Positions 1-9,524 of a stretch of DNA of 64,000 nucleotides are shown piece by piece; positions within the stretch are counted from its first letter, which is position 1, and each line of letters opens with the position of its first letter. Source of the DNA: an uncultured delta proteobacterium. Its GTDB lineage: Bacteria; Desulfobacterota; Zymogenia; Zymogenales; Zymogenaceae. Location: assembly GCA_963735595.1 (NCBI GenBank), contig CAVTLK010000005.1:256001-320000 (forward strand). The letters are read 5' to 3'. The position numbers and the translations under genes were made by a program. The notes beneath the pieces are model-generated. The model was not told the origin of the DNA and searched no databases. It was given only the letters and a program-made list of their open reading frames with translations.

Positions 1-47
1 GTCGGGCCGGGCGGGATATCATTAAAAACGGTAAGGAGTATGCTCTG

Positions 48-326
48 ATGAATAAAGTAAACTGCTGGGAATTCAAACGATGCGCCAGGGAGCCGGGAGG
101 CGCAAAGGCGGGAGATCTGGGGGTCTGTCCGGCGGCAGTCAGCGACGAATCGACCGGCGTCAACGGCGGTAAGCAGGGCGGCCGCTTCTGCTGGGCGGTC
201 AGAAAAACCCTCTGTGAAGGCGACGTACAGGGAACCTTTGCCATGAAAATAGTAGCCTGCAAGGAATGTGAATTCTATAAGATGGTCAAAGGCGAAGAAG
301 AGGGCGATTTTAGAATGTTTCGGTAA
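48..326 (+). CDS. two-CW domain-containing small cysteine-rich protein
   Basis: NCWEFKRC...CPA...GGRFCW...TLC...CKECEFY pattern; AGGAG RBS upstream. Confidence 0.8.
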   Translation: MNKVNCWEFKRCAREPGGAKAGDLGVCPAAVSDESTGVNGGKQGGRFCWAVRKTLCEGDVQGTFAMKIVACKECEFYKMVKGEEEGDFRMFR

Positions 327-405
327 TTGCGCGACGGCCTGCAGAGCAAATGGATTCACTGATTGCCGGATAGGATTATCCGGCATTATTTTGCCCGGTC
401 AATCC

Positions 406-434
406 TTGCTTTTTCCAGCGAAATACCGTATTCT
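406..434 (+). promoter_or_regulatory. putative sigma70 promoter of proS
   Basis: TTGCTT-17 nt-TATTCT ending 38 nt before the proS start. Confidence 0.5.
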
Positions 435-472
435 TTCATCTTTGTTACACCCCAACCGGAGGTTTTTGGCCT

Positions 473-2236
473 GTGAAAGAATCCGTCACCTACTACTCGA
501 AGTATCTCCTGCGCACCCGGAGGGAAGATCCCACCGACGCGGAGATCCCCTCCCACAAGCTGCTCGTGAAGGCCGGCTTCATCCGCCAGGTGACCGCCGG
601 CGTCTTTGATTTCACCCCGATCGCCTTCCGGGTGATGACAAAGATCATGGAGATCATCCGCCAGGAGATGAACCGGATCGGCGGCCAGGAGCTCCTGATG
701 CCGGTGCTCAACCCCGCCTCCCTCTGGATAGAGACGGGCAGGTATAACGCGGTTGGCGCGGAGCTGATACGCTTTGTCGACCGACGGGGCGCCGATATGT
801 GCCTGGCGATGACCAACGAGGAGACGGTCACGGACCTGGCCCGGGGCTACGTATCGTCCTGGCGGGACCTCCCGTTCATGCTCTACCATATCCAGACCAA
901 GATCCGCGACGAGGCGCGCCCCCGGGGGGGCGTCATGCGGGTGCGCGAGTTCCTCATGAAAGACGCCTACAGCTTCCACCGGGACTTTGATGACCTCGGG
1001 GCCTACTACGTGGACGTCTACGACGCCTACCTCAGGATATTCACGCGCATCGGCCTTACGCCGGTCCCGGTCGAGGCGGATACCGGCGCCATGGGCGGCA
1101 GCGACTCCCACGAGTTTTTACAGCCGTCCGTGTCCGGCGAGGATACGTTTGCCCGCTGCGCCGCGTGCGGCATGGCCTCCAACGTGGAGAAGGCAGAGGT
1201 AGTCAGCAAGCCCGCGGCGGCCGGCGGCGACATCCCCCCCGCCGAGGACGTCCACACCCCCAACATGACGACCATCGACGCCCTGACCTCGTTTTTCGGG
1301 GTCGGGCATGAGCGGTTCCTCAAGGCCGTGGCCTATGACGCCGGCGGCGCGGTCGTGGTGGCCTTTATCAATGGGGCCTACGAGATCAACGAGACGAAAC
1401 TCAAAAATATCCTGGGCGCCACCGAGCTTACGGTGGCCGATCCCCGAAAGCTTACCGACGCCGGGATCGTCCCGGGCTTCATCTCGCCCCGGATCGCCGG
1501 GCTTACCGGCGTCAAAGTCCTTTTCGACCGCACGGTCTTGTCCCAGCCGGCCTACGTCATGGGGGGAGACCGGGTCGACTATCACGTCAAGAACGCGGTG
1601 GCGGGGCGTGATTTTCCCGCGTCCGATCCGGTGGATATCGCCTCGGTGCGTGAGGGCGACCCCTGCCCGCGGTGCGGCAAGGGCGCAATCGAGCTGGTGC
1701 GGGGTGTCGAGCTTGGCCACACGTTCCAGCTCGGCACGAAATACTCCGATTCGATGGGACTGACCTACCTCTCGGAGGAGGGCAAGTCCCGGCCCGTCGT
1801 CATGGGGTGCTACGGGATCGGGGTGGAGCGGGCGATGGCCTCCGTCATCGAAGCCCACCACGACGAGACGGGGATGATCTGGCCGGTGACGGTCGCCCCC
1901 TTCGAGATTATGGTGCTGCCCCTGGGGGCGGACAGCGACGTCATCGCCGCGGCCGACCGCGCCGCGCACGCCCTTTCAGAGACCTGTTCGGTGCTTCTGG
2001 ATGACCGGCAGGAATCGGCGGGGGTCAAATTTGCCGACTCGGAGCTCCTGGGCATCCCGATCAGGGCGGTCGTCAGCAAGAAGCTCATCGCCAAGGGCGA
2101 GGTAGAGCTCAAGGTGCGCCGGACCGGGGAGGTCGTCGTCGTGCCGGAAAAGGAGGCCCCGGAAACCGTCCGCTCGCTCCTCTTGATGCTTTCCGAGAAG
2201 GAGGGGGTCACGATAAGCGATTTATGGCCGAAGTGA
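473..2236 (+). CDS. proS: proline--tRNA ligase (bacterial type with insertion/editing domain)
   Basis: SHKLLVKAGFIRQ, QTKIRDEARPRGGVMRVREFLMKDAYSFH, ELGHTFQLGTKYS, MGCYGIGVER; GTG start with GGAGG RBS. Confidence 0.97.
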   Translation: MKESVTYYSKYLLRTRREDPTDAEIPSHKLLVKAGFIRQVTAGVFDFTPIAFRVMTKIMEIIRQEMNRIGGQELLMPVLNPASLWIETGRYNAVGAELIRFVDRRGADMCLAMTNEETVTDLARGYVSSWRDLPFMLYHIQTKIRDEARPRGGVMRVREFLMKDAYSFHRDFDDLGAYYVDVYDAYLRIFTRIGLTPVPVEADTGAMGGSDSHEFLQPSVSGEDTFARCAACGMASNVEKAEVVSKPAAAGGDIPPAEDVHTPNMTTIDALTSFFGVGHERFLKAVAYDAGGAVVVAFINGAYEINETKLKNILGATELTVADPRKLTDAGIVPGFISPRIAGLTGVKVLFDRTVLSQPAYVMGGDRVDYHVKNAVAGRDFPASDPVDIASVREGDPCPRCGKGAIELVRGVELGHTFQLGTKYSDSMGLTYLSEEGKSRPVVMGCYGIGVERAMASVIEAHHDETGMIWPVTVAPFEIMVLPLGADSDVIAAADRAAHALSETCSVLLDDRQESAGVKFADSELLGIPIRAVVSKKLIAKGEVELKVRRTGEVVVVPEKEAPETVRSLLLMLSEKEGVTISDLWPK

Positions 2237-2252
2237 CAAGGAGGGAAAGATA

Positions 2253-2684
2253 ATGAGGTTCACGTCATTACTCGCAGTTGTCGCGCTGTCCTTAGCCCTT
2301 TCATGTGCTGCACCCGCGGCGGCTCCTGGCCAGCCGGCAAACGCCGAGATGGACGCCTTTATCGGCGGCGCCGTCGTGCTGTCGCCGGGTGTCCCGGCGA
2401 CGGTCAAGGCCGGAGGGGAGTTCGCCGTCGTCCTCAAGGGCAACCCGTCGGCCGGCTACCAATGGACATACGCCATTGAACCGACCGGGCTTGCCGAGGA
2501 GTCCGCAAAGGAGAACTTCAGCGCCGTGCCGGAGCCGATGATCGGTTCCCCGGTCTTCACCGTCTGGAAGTTTACGGCCACGGCCGAGGGCGAGGCCGTC
2601 CTCACGTACCTCCATTACCGGCCCTGGGAGAAACCTGAAACTGCAATCGATCGCGCGGTCTACACGGTAACAATCGTCAAATAG
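2253..2684 (+). CDS. secreted/lipoprotein protease inhibitor I42 (chagasin) family
   Basis: signal with LALSC lipobox; GNPSAGYQW and YRPWE chagasin motifs. Confidence 0.85.
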   Translation: MRFTSLLAVVALSLALSCAAPAAAPGQPANAEMDAFIGGAVVLSPGVPATVKAGGEFAVVLKGNPSAGYQWTYAIEPTGLAEESAKENFSAVPEPMIGSPVFTVWKFTATAEGEAVLTYLHYRPWEKPETAIDRAVYTVTIVK

Positions 2685-2717
2685 CGTCCTTTAGAATCCT
2701 GCTGTCAGGAGAATCAG

Positions 2718-2785
2718 GGGGACACAATACGTATTCCCTTTTCGGGCCTGGCCGGAGAGTCTGACGGATTAAGTATTGTGTCCCC
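2718..2785. repeat. 68-bp element with 13-bp perfect terminal inverted repeats (MITE/REPIN-like)
   Basis: GGGGACACAATAC (2718-2730) ... GTATTGTGTCCCC (2773-2785). Confidence 0.7.
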
Positions 2786-2818
2786 TTAATTCGAAAACCG
2801 CCACTATATTCAAAGAAC

Positions 2819-2850
2819 CACCGGCAAGCTTCGCTTCGCCGGTGCCACCC
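2819..2850 (-). repeat. GGTGG-tagged REP-like hairpin
   Basis: reverse complement is identical (32/32) to 41601-41632: GGGTGGCACCGGCGAAGCGAAGCTTGCCGGTG. Confidence 0.85.
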
Positions 2851-2878
2851 GTACCGATCTCGGCACGAACGCCATTCC

Positions 2879-3014
2879 CGTCATTGCGAGGAGGCGTAGC
2901 CGACGCGGCAATCTCTCCGCCGCCGGAGGCTTTGCTGCGGCACAGAAGAGACAATCCCATGAGAATCCGACGCGATGATGAGATTGCTTCGTCGCTTCGC
3001 TCCTCGCAACGACG
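2879..3014. repeat. CGTC-tagged REP inverted doublet
   Basis: CGTCATTGCGAGGAG..CGACGCGGCAATCTC (2879-2915) and inverted GAGATTGCTTCGTCG..CTCCTCGCAACGACG (2980-3014). Confidence 0.85.
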
Positions 3015-3065
3015 AGTGAAGTAGAAGCCGTATACAATGAATTACTATAGAAAAGGGTTAGCCCC

Positions 3066-3092
3066 CGTAGGGCTGGCATATATGCCGCCCGT
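3066..3092 (+). repeat. GTAG-tagged REP
   Basis: CGTAGGGCTGGCATATATGCCGCCCGT; same-length relative at 24572-24598. Confidence 0.7.
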
Positions 3093-3149
3093 CCTTTCTT
3101 AAAGCCTGCAATACTCGTGATTATAGAGAGACGGGACGGCGACGGACGC

Positions 3150-3974
3150 CTACCGCGCCCCCGCGCGCAGCTTTCTCTCGAGCCAGCGGCTGGCAGCCGA
3201 GAGGGAATAGCAGATAACGAAGTAGATCATCGCGCAGAAGAGGAATATCTCGGTCGGGGCGATCAGCACCCGGTTGCTTACCTGGGAAGAGACGGTGGTC
3301 AACTCAAACAGGCCCACGAACCAGGCCAGCGAGGTATCCTTGGTGAGGCTCATGAACTGGTTGACGAACGACGGGATCATGTTCTTGAGGGCCTGGGGAA
3401 GAATGATGTAGATCATCGCCTGGGCGCGGGTGAGGCCGGTGGACCTGGCCGCCTCCATCTGCCCCCTGCCGATGGAGAGGATTCCGGCCCGGACGATCTC
3501 GGCCATATAGGCCCCGGAGAAGCAGACGAAGGCGATGATGACGTTGTAGACGTCGTCAATGACGTAGCCGAAGACCTTGGGCAGCAGAAAGACGAACCAG
3601 AAGATGACCATGATCAGAGGCATCCCCCGGATAAGCTCGATATAAGCGACTGCCGGGTACTTGATCCAGGGGCGGGCGCTGTTTCTCATCAGGCCGAAGA
3701 TCAGGCCCACCACGAACGCCAGGACAAGGCTGATGCCGGCAAGATACAGCGTCAACACGATCCCGCCCATGCGGTGCGGCGGTCCCAGGACGAGATACCG
3801 GAGGTTCCTGGTGATTACCTCGAAGTGAAGCTGTCCGATTCCGGTGACGGCATTAAAGAGGGATTGCGAGACCGAGCCGAAGGCAAACTCCAGGATGACG
3901 AGAATCCCCAGGAAGGAAAAGGTCGTCGCGGAAATCGCGATTCGGGTAAGCCTCTTGGTGCGCGCGTTTGACAT
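3150..3974 (-). CDS. polar amino acid ABC transporter permease
   Basis: YIELIRGMPL, EIVRAGILSIGRGQMEAARSTGL, LPQA, KDTSL. Confidence 0.95.
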   Translation of the reverse strand: MSNARTKRLTRIAISATTFSFLGILVILEFAFGSVSQSLFNAVTGIGQLHFEVITRNLRYLVLGPPHRMGGIVLTLYLAGISLVLAFVVGLIFGLMRNSARPWIKYPAVAYIELIRGMPLIMVIFWFVFLLPKVFGYVIDDVYNVIIAFVCFSGAYMAEIVRAGILSIGRGQMEAARSTGLTRAQAMIYIILPQALKNMIPSFVNQFMSLTKDTSLAWFVGLFELTTVSSQVSNRVLIAPTEIFLFCAMIYFVICYSLSAASRWLERKLRAGAR

Positions 3975-3975
3975 C

Positions 3976-4845
3976 TCAGTACTTGATATACCTCAGATAT
4001 CGCCGGTTATACTGGTTGATCGCAAAAGAGATTATCAGCGAAAGCGCCAGATAGATGAGCGTTACCATTGAAAAGGCCTCAAACACGCGGGAGGTTTCGG
4101 CCTCGATTATCCGGGCTGCGTGTGTCAGCTCGACGACGCCGATGGCCATGACCAGCGATGAATTCTTGACGAGGTTCAGCGACTGGTTGATGAGCGGCGG
4201 AATGACGATCCTGAATGCCTGGGGCAGGATCACGTAGCGCATCGATTCGAGGAAGCCAAACCCCTGGGAGCGGGCCGCTTCCATCTGCTCCCGGGGAATG
4301 GACTGGATCCCCGCCCTGATCTCTTCCGCGATGAAGGCGGCGGTATACGTGCTCAGCGCGATCACGCCGTAGGCGAACTCGATATTTCGCGAATAGATCC
4401 AGTCCTTAACCGCGGTGGGCAGGAAGGGGTCAGACCCGAAGTACCAGAGGAAAATCTGGATCAAAAGCGGGGTATTTCTGAAAAATTCAATGTATGCCGA
4501 TGATACAAATACAAGGACCTTGACCTTGCTCAGTTTGAGAACGGCAATCACGGTACCGAGCATCATGGCCAGGACGATGGATATGGCCGAGATTCTGACC
4601 GTCGTAAAAAATCCCCACATGAGGAGGGTGAGGTAGGTGCTCTTGTCGGTAAGGCGCTGCTTCAGAAATACCGAAAAATCGAACTCGTAGGTAAAATGGA
4701 TATTCAGGAGCCAGGCAAGGATCACCCGGTAGATAAGAAACACGATCAGGGCCGCCGCCCCGATAGCGATCGGGTAAGCGATCTTCTTGTGAGTCTCGCT
4801 CCAAAGCTTGAGGTCGATGAAGAGCTGTCTCGGGTCTCGTTTCAT
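3976..4845 (-). CDS. polar amino acid ABC transporter permease
   Basis: YIEFFRNTPLL, EEIRAGIQSIPREQMEAARSQG, LPQAFR, KNSSL. Confidence 0.95.
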   Translation of the reverse strand: MKRDPRQLFIDLKLWSETHKKIAYPIAIGAAALIVFLIYRVILAWLLNIHFTYEFDFSVFLKQRLTDKSTYLTLLMWGFFTTVRISAISIVLAMMLGTVIAVLKLSKVKVLVFVSSAYIEFFRNTPLLIQIFLWYFGSDPFLPTAVKDWIYSRNIEFAYGVIALSTYTAAFIAEEIRAGIQSIPREQMEAARSQGFGFLESMRYVILPQAFRIVIPPLINQSLNLVKNSSLVMAIGVVELTHAARIIEAETSRVFEAFSMVTLIYLALSLIISFAINQYNRRYLRYIKY

Positions 4846-4867
4846 GGTTCCGGTTTAGGGGAATAGG

Positions 4868-4892
4868 AAAAAAGGGGGGGATATCCCCCCCC
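4868..4892 (-). terminator. intra-operon hairpin/terminator after the binding-protein gene
   Basis: minus strand reads G8-ATAT-C7-T6. Confidence 0.6.
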
Positions 4893-4906
4893 GGTCACAA
4901 TTACGA

Positions 4907-5770
4907 TTACGGCCAGAGCTCTACCGCCCAGCCGGTCGGAGGCAGGTAGTAGTTGGTTTCGGGGCCAAGCCACTTGGTGTATATCTTTTCCCACTCGCCT
5001 TCCTTGTACATCTTCATCAGCGTAAAGTTGACAAAATCGCGCCATTCGGAATCGTTTTCCCTGACGCCGATGGCATAGGGCTCGCTCGAGAAGAAGTCAC
5101 CCACGACCGCCCACTTGGCGGGGTCCGGGTCGCTACCCTTGAGGCCGACGAGGATGACCGAGTCGGTAGTGACGGCCACGACCTTGCCCTGCTTGAGGGC
5201 CAGGAAGGCCTCGGGATAGCCCTCGAAGGAGATCACCTCCGCCTTTGGCTGCACCAGGAGGATATTCTTCTCGCTGGTTGACCCCTTCACGGAGCCGACC
5301 TTCTTGCCGGCCAGGTCTTCATAGCTCTTGATGGGGCCGTCGGCCGCGACCAGGAGCCTCTGACCGTCCATGAAGTAGGTAACCGAGAAATCGATGACCT
5401 CATCGCGCTCGATCTTGTGGGTCATGGTGGCGGCCAACATGTCGACCTTGCCCTCGGTGAGCATCGGGATGCGGTTTGAAGACGTGACGGGCTGAAGCTC
5501 GAGTTTTACGCCCAGCTCGTCCGCAATATAACGGCATACATCCACGTCAAAGCCGACCAGTTCGCCGGACTTCTCGTCCACGTACCCGAAGGGGACGACG
5601 GAGTCCTTAACACCGGCCACCAGCACGCCCTTTTCTTTGATGGCGTCAAGCGTCGACTGGCCGGGGGCCAGGCCTACCTCGGAGGTCATGGTTCCCTCCG
5701 GCGCCTTACTGCAGGCGTTGATGCCGCATACGAAAGCGGCAATCAGCAAGATAAAGACAACTTTCTTCAT
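4907..5770 (-). CDS. amino acid ABC transporter substrate-binding lipoprotein (family 3, Glu/Asp/Gln-like)
   Basis: lipobox INAC; PFGY, GFDVD, NRIPML, TMTHKIERDEVIDFS, GSTS, TTD. Confidence 0.93.
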   Translation of the reverse strand: MKKVVFILLIAAFVCGINACSKAPEGTMTSEVGLAPGQSTLDAIKEKGVLVAGVKDSVVPFGYVDEKSGELVGFDVDVCRYIADELGVKLELQPVTSSNRIPMLTEGKVDMLAATMTHKIERDEVIDFSVTYFMDGQRLLVAADGPIKSYEDLAGKKVGSVKGSTSEKNILLVQPKAEVISFEGYPEAFLALKQGKVVAVTTDSVILVGLKGSDPDPAKWAVVGDFFSSEPYAIGVRENDSEWRDFVNFTLMKMYKEGEWEKIYTKWLGPETNYYLPPTGWAVELWP

Positions 5771-5795
5771 TCGTTCCTCCTATATGACACTACGA

Positions 5796-6518
5796 CTAAA
5801 GAATTTCCTTCAGGAATGTCTTGGTGCGCTCATCCTGGGGGTTAGTGAAGAAGTGGTCCGGCGTTCCCTCCTCGATGATCTGGCCGTGATCCATGAAAAT
5901 GACACGGTCGGCGACCTCCCGGGCGAATCCCATTTCATGGGTGACGACCACCATCGTCATCCCCTCCCGTGCGAGGTCTTTCATGACGTTGAGGACCTCG
6001 CTGATCATCTCCGGGTCGAGGGCCGACGTGGGTTCGTCAAAGAGCATGATCTTGGGCCTCATCGCCAGCCCCCGGGCAATGGCGACGCGCTGCTGCTGGC
6101 CGCCGGAAAGCTCCGAGGGGTATTTATATGCCTGTTCGGTGATTTGGACCCGCTTGAGAAGAGAAAGCCCCAGCTTCTTGGCCTCCTCCTTCTTCATCTG
6201 CTTCACCTTGACGGGTGCAAGGACGATGTTATCCATGACCGTCATGTGGGGATAAAGGTTGAAGTGCTGAAAGACCATGCCGATTTCGGCGCGGAGCCGG
6301 TTGATATCGGTCTTGGGATCGGCGAGGTTGCGGCCGTTGACGATGAGCGTCCCGCTGTTGATGAGCTCGAGCTCATTGATGCAGCGGATCAGGGTCGATT
6401 TTCCCGAGCCCGACGGCCCGCACACGACCACGACTTCTCCCCGCTTGATTTCCAGGGTGATCCCCTTGAGGGCGTGAAACGCTCCGTAGTATTTGTGGAC
6501 GTCCTTAAAGATTATCAT
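5796..6518 (-). CDS. polar amino acid ABC transporter ATP-binding protein (GlnQ family)
   Basis: [40 protein letters not shown]. Confidence 0.96.
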   Translation of the reverse strand: MIIFKDVHKYYGAFHALKGITLEIKRGEVVVVCGPSGSGKSTLIRCINELELINSGTLIVNGRNLADPKTDINRLRAEIGMVFQHFNLYPHMTVMDNIVLAPVKVKQMKKEEAKKLGLSLLKRVQITEQAYKYPSELSGGQQQRVAIARGLAMRPKIMLFDEPTSALDPEMISEVLNVMKDLAREGMTMVVVTHEMGFAREVADRVIFMDHGQIIEEGTPDHFFTNPQDERTKTFLKEIL

Positions 6519-6569
6519 ATGAAATTACTGCCATCTAGATTTCAGGTCGCGGCCTCAATACACAAACGA

Positions 6570-7094
6570 TCAGGTGCTGTAAAGAATGGGCCGGTAGGCG
6601 CCCTTCTTTGCGGTCTTCTTTTCCTGCTTCGGCGGAGTTCGCGGAGGGACGACCATCAGAACGGGACAGGAGGCCTTCTTCAGCACCCGTTCCGAGGTCG
6701 AGCTGAATTCGTGATAGAACTCTTCCTTCTTGCCGTGGGACCCCATAATGATAAGGTCCGCGGATTCTTCCGCCGCCAGCTCCACGATCTCCTGGGAGGG
6801 CAGGCCGTACAGCACGACGGTGCTGACCTTTACCCCGCGCTGTTGGCTCCTGGTCTTTATGTCCTTGAAGACTCCCCTATCGTGCTCGTTGAAATCCTCA
6901 AGGAACTCCTTGACCTTTCTGTCAGAAAGGAAAGCGGGATAGACGTCTTCCCCGTTTATCGTGCGCCGGTCCGAAACCGTCACGACGATGATCTCCGCGG
7001 AAAAAAGGGCCGCCAGCTCCAGCGCCCAGTCAAAAGCGGCCAGCGATACTTCGGAGCCGTCAACGGCCGCAACGATTTTCCTTAAGGTGAGCAT
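6570..7094 (-). CDS. universal stress protein (UspA family)
   Basis: KIVAAVDGSEVS, ADLIIMGSHG, SERVLKKASCPVLMV; start moved to ATG 7094 with GGAGG upstream. Confidence 0.9.
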   Translation of the reverse strand: MLTLRKIVAAVDGSEVSLAAFDWALELAALFSAEIIVVTVSDRRTINGEDVYPAFLSDRKVKEFLEDFNEHDRGVFKDIKTRSQQRGVKVSTVVLYGLPSQEIVELAAEESADLIIMGSHGKKEEFYHEFSSTSERVLKKASCPVLMVVPPRTPPKQEKKTAKKGAYRPILYST

Positions 7095-7096
7095 GG

Positions 7097-7945
7097 CTAT
7101 TTCGGCCAGACCTCCATGGTGAAGTCGAGGGGAAGGCGAACTGCCGCCTCTTTTCCGAACCACGTTTCGTATATCTCGGCGTATCTCCCGGATACCCAGA
7201 GATCCATAAGGGCGCGGTCAACGATCTCCCGCCAGGTTCCGTCTTCGGGGGGCAGTCCCATGGCAATGGGAGTCGGGACAATCGGCTCTTTGATGATCCT
7301 GAGTGTCCCGGGTTTCTCGCTTTCGGTCACCAGATTAACGAGGTCCTTGAAATCGCCGATAACCGCCACGACCTCCCGGTTCGTCAGGAGCGCAAGTCCC
7401 GCCCGGGAATCGTCCACCCCGGTAATGTTTTTGGAGACTTTTTCCTGCACCCTTGCCGCGTCCGTGCCCGCCACGACCGCGATTGACTTGCTCCTGAGCG
7501 AGGAAAGAGAATATATCCCGGACGAGGCCGGGACCATCGCCATCGTTCCGCCGTAGAGGTAGGTGACGGAAAAGTCGATGACCCGTTCCCAGCTCATCCG
7601 GTGATTGAGGCCCGGCGCCATCTGGATAATCCCCTCGGCGGCCATCGGTATGGTGACGTTCGGTTCCACGACGACAAAGCGGGCCTGGACCCCGATAATC
7701 CCCGCAATCGCCCGGGCCAGGTCCACGTCAAACCCCGAATAGGTGATCTCATTGGCCTGACCGATTGCCTCGGAAAAGGGGAGGTAGCCCGCCCGCACCC
7801 CCACGATCATGACGCCCGATTCCCGGACGGCGTCGGCCGTTTCGGCCGCGTCCAGATATGGAGGGAAGTATGCCAGGTAGAGTGCCGCGGCCAACGATAC
7901 GCCCGCCGTGAGCATTCTTCTGTTTCTATTTCCCGTCGGTTTCAT
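7097..7945 (-). CDS. divergent family-3 ABC substrate-binding protein
   Basis: PFS, GFDVDLARAIA, VIDFSVTY, IYETWFG; paralog of 4907-5770; start moved to ATG 7945. Confidence 0.85.
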   Translation of the reverse strand: MKPTGNRNRRMLTAGVSLAAALYLAYFPPYLDAAETADAVRESGVMIVGVRAGYLPFSEAIGQANEITYSGFDVDLARAIAGIIGVQARFVVVEPNVTIPMAAEGIIQMAPGLNHRMSWERVIDFSVTYLYGGTMAMVPASSGIYSLSSLRSKSIAVVAGTDAARVQEKVSKNITGVDDSRAGLALLTNREVVAVIGDFKDLVNLVTESEKPGTLRIIKEPIVPTPIAMGLPPEDGTWREIVDRALMDLWVSGRYAEIYETWFGKEAAVRLPLDFTMEVWPK

Positions 7946-7968
7946 GGTCCCCGTGCCCCCGGCTTTTC

Positions 7969-9376
7969 TTAGGTTGATTCGAGGAATACCCGAAATGCCT
8001 TGCAGCTCATATAGATATCGGCCTTGCTTGAGATCTCGAAGGGTGAGTGCATATTGAGCAGGACCGGGCCGATATCGATGACGTCGATACCCCGCTCGGC
8101 GATGTCTTTTGCGATGGTTCCCCCGCCCCCCTCGTCGACCTTTCCCAGCTCGCCGTACTGCCAGACGACCCCCGCGCCGTTGAAGAGCCGGCGAACCCAC
8201 CCGACCAGCTCCGCCGAGGCGTCGGAGGCCATGTATTTACCGCGGGAGCCGGTGAACTTGGTGATACAGGGGCCGTAACCCAGGAGCGCCGCGTTGGTCT
8301 TCTCGTGCACCTCCGGCCAGTCCGGGTCCATCGCCCCGTTGACGTCGGCCGAGATGCAGCGGCTCTTTGCCAGCATCGCCGAGACGTCGGAGGCCGCGGG
8401 CGTTTTACCGGCCGCCGTAAGGATATCAGCGGCCACCTCTTCGATGATCCGGCCCCGGGCGCCGGTCACCCCTTCCGACCCGATCTCCTCCTTGTCCAGA
8501 AAGAAGACGGCGCACGTCCTGGCGGGGTTCTTCGCCGAGAGGGCGGCCGAGAGGGCCGAGTAGGCGCTGGCCCGGTCGTCCTGGCCGTAGGAGCCGACCG
8601 AGCGAGCAGTCAAAGCCGATGTCGCGTGCGGGGCCGGCCGGCACCGCCTCGATCTCGGCGCTGATAAAATCCTCCTCGGTGATGCCGTAGGTGTCGTGCA
8701 GATGCGTCAGGACGGCAAGCTTGACCCGCTCCTTTGCCTCGGTGTCGGCAATGGGGATGGTCCCGCAGATGATGTTGAGCTTCTCGGCGGGCAGGGCCTC
8801 CGAAATCTTCTTTTCCATCTGGGCCTTTCCGGCCAGGTGGATGAGGAGGTCCGAGACCAGGAATACCGGGTCTTCTGGGCCGTCGCCGATGGCGATCTCG
8901 ACTTCTTTGCCGTCTCCGGTGACCACCAGGCCGTAGAGCGCCAGGGGGCGCGCAACCCAGTGGTATTTCTTGAGGCCGCCGTAGTAGTGGGTCTTCAGGT
9001 GGGCGATCTCGACGTCTTCGTAGAGGGGGCGCTGTTTGAGGTCGAGCCGGGGGCTGTCGATGTGGGAGACGATGAGGTTGATGCCGTGGGAAGGGTCCCC
9101 GGTCCCCATCAGGACCATAGCCGCCGACTTGTGGCGGTAATCGCGGTAGAACTTCTTGACGGGCTTTCCCGGATCGAACTCGGTGAAGCCCCTGCCCTGG
9201 GCCCTGCGGATGATCTCGCGGACGGCAAGCCGCTCGGTCTTGGCCGCCGTCAGAAACGCCCGGTAGTCATCGCCGAGAGAGGCGATTTCCTTTTTATCGG
9301 CGTCGGTGACCTGATCCCAGACCGATTTGGGCTTGTACTTGAGTTCCTCGCCGGGGGCCTTTTTCTGATCGTTCAT
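7969..9376 (-). CDS. M18 family aminopeptidase; frameshift near 8600
   Basis: SHIDSPRLDLK and THYYGGLKKYHW in 8426-9376; GQDDR, DKEEIGS, ISADV, MHSP in 7969-8613; one extra base at the junction. Confidence 0.9.
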
Positions 9377-9524
9377 GGAGTCGAAATGTATCCGTATATA
9401 TAAAAAAACATACGTACCATGACACGGAGGCCAAAGTCAAGTTTAAACGTGCAACCAGTTAGCCGCGGCCCGCCGCGTGCACTTTGTACCTCGGCAGCGA
9501 GGCCCAGCCTTAACGGTACGGGGG

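Noticed and set aside
364..385. TGCCGGATA-GGAT-TATCCGGCA as an enterobacterial-type REP
   Set aside because: Single copy without a GTAG foot; more simply a terminator-like hairpin.
2225..2236. ProS and the binding proteins ending in WP(K)
   Set aside because: The SBP endings are paralogous; the ProS match is too short to be more than coincidence.
2769..3079. Small ORFs over the repeat clusters (also 24186-24834, 41551-41909, 42893-43075)
   Set aside because: They are translations of REP-like DNA (RHCE.., SLRG.., LAMT) with no independent coding evidence.
2700..3100. CRISPR array in the repeat clusters
   Set aside because: The repeats are inverted and heterogeneous, with no regular direct repeat-spacer periodicity and no cas genes.
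5637..7085. Long antisense/shadow ORFs (also 10389-11441, 17675-19072, 35479-36783, 40080-41459, 44190-45527)
   Set aside because: They lie opposite well-supported genes, carry no recognisable motifs and are expected in GC-rich DNA.
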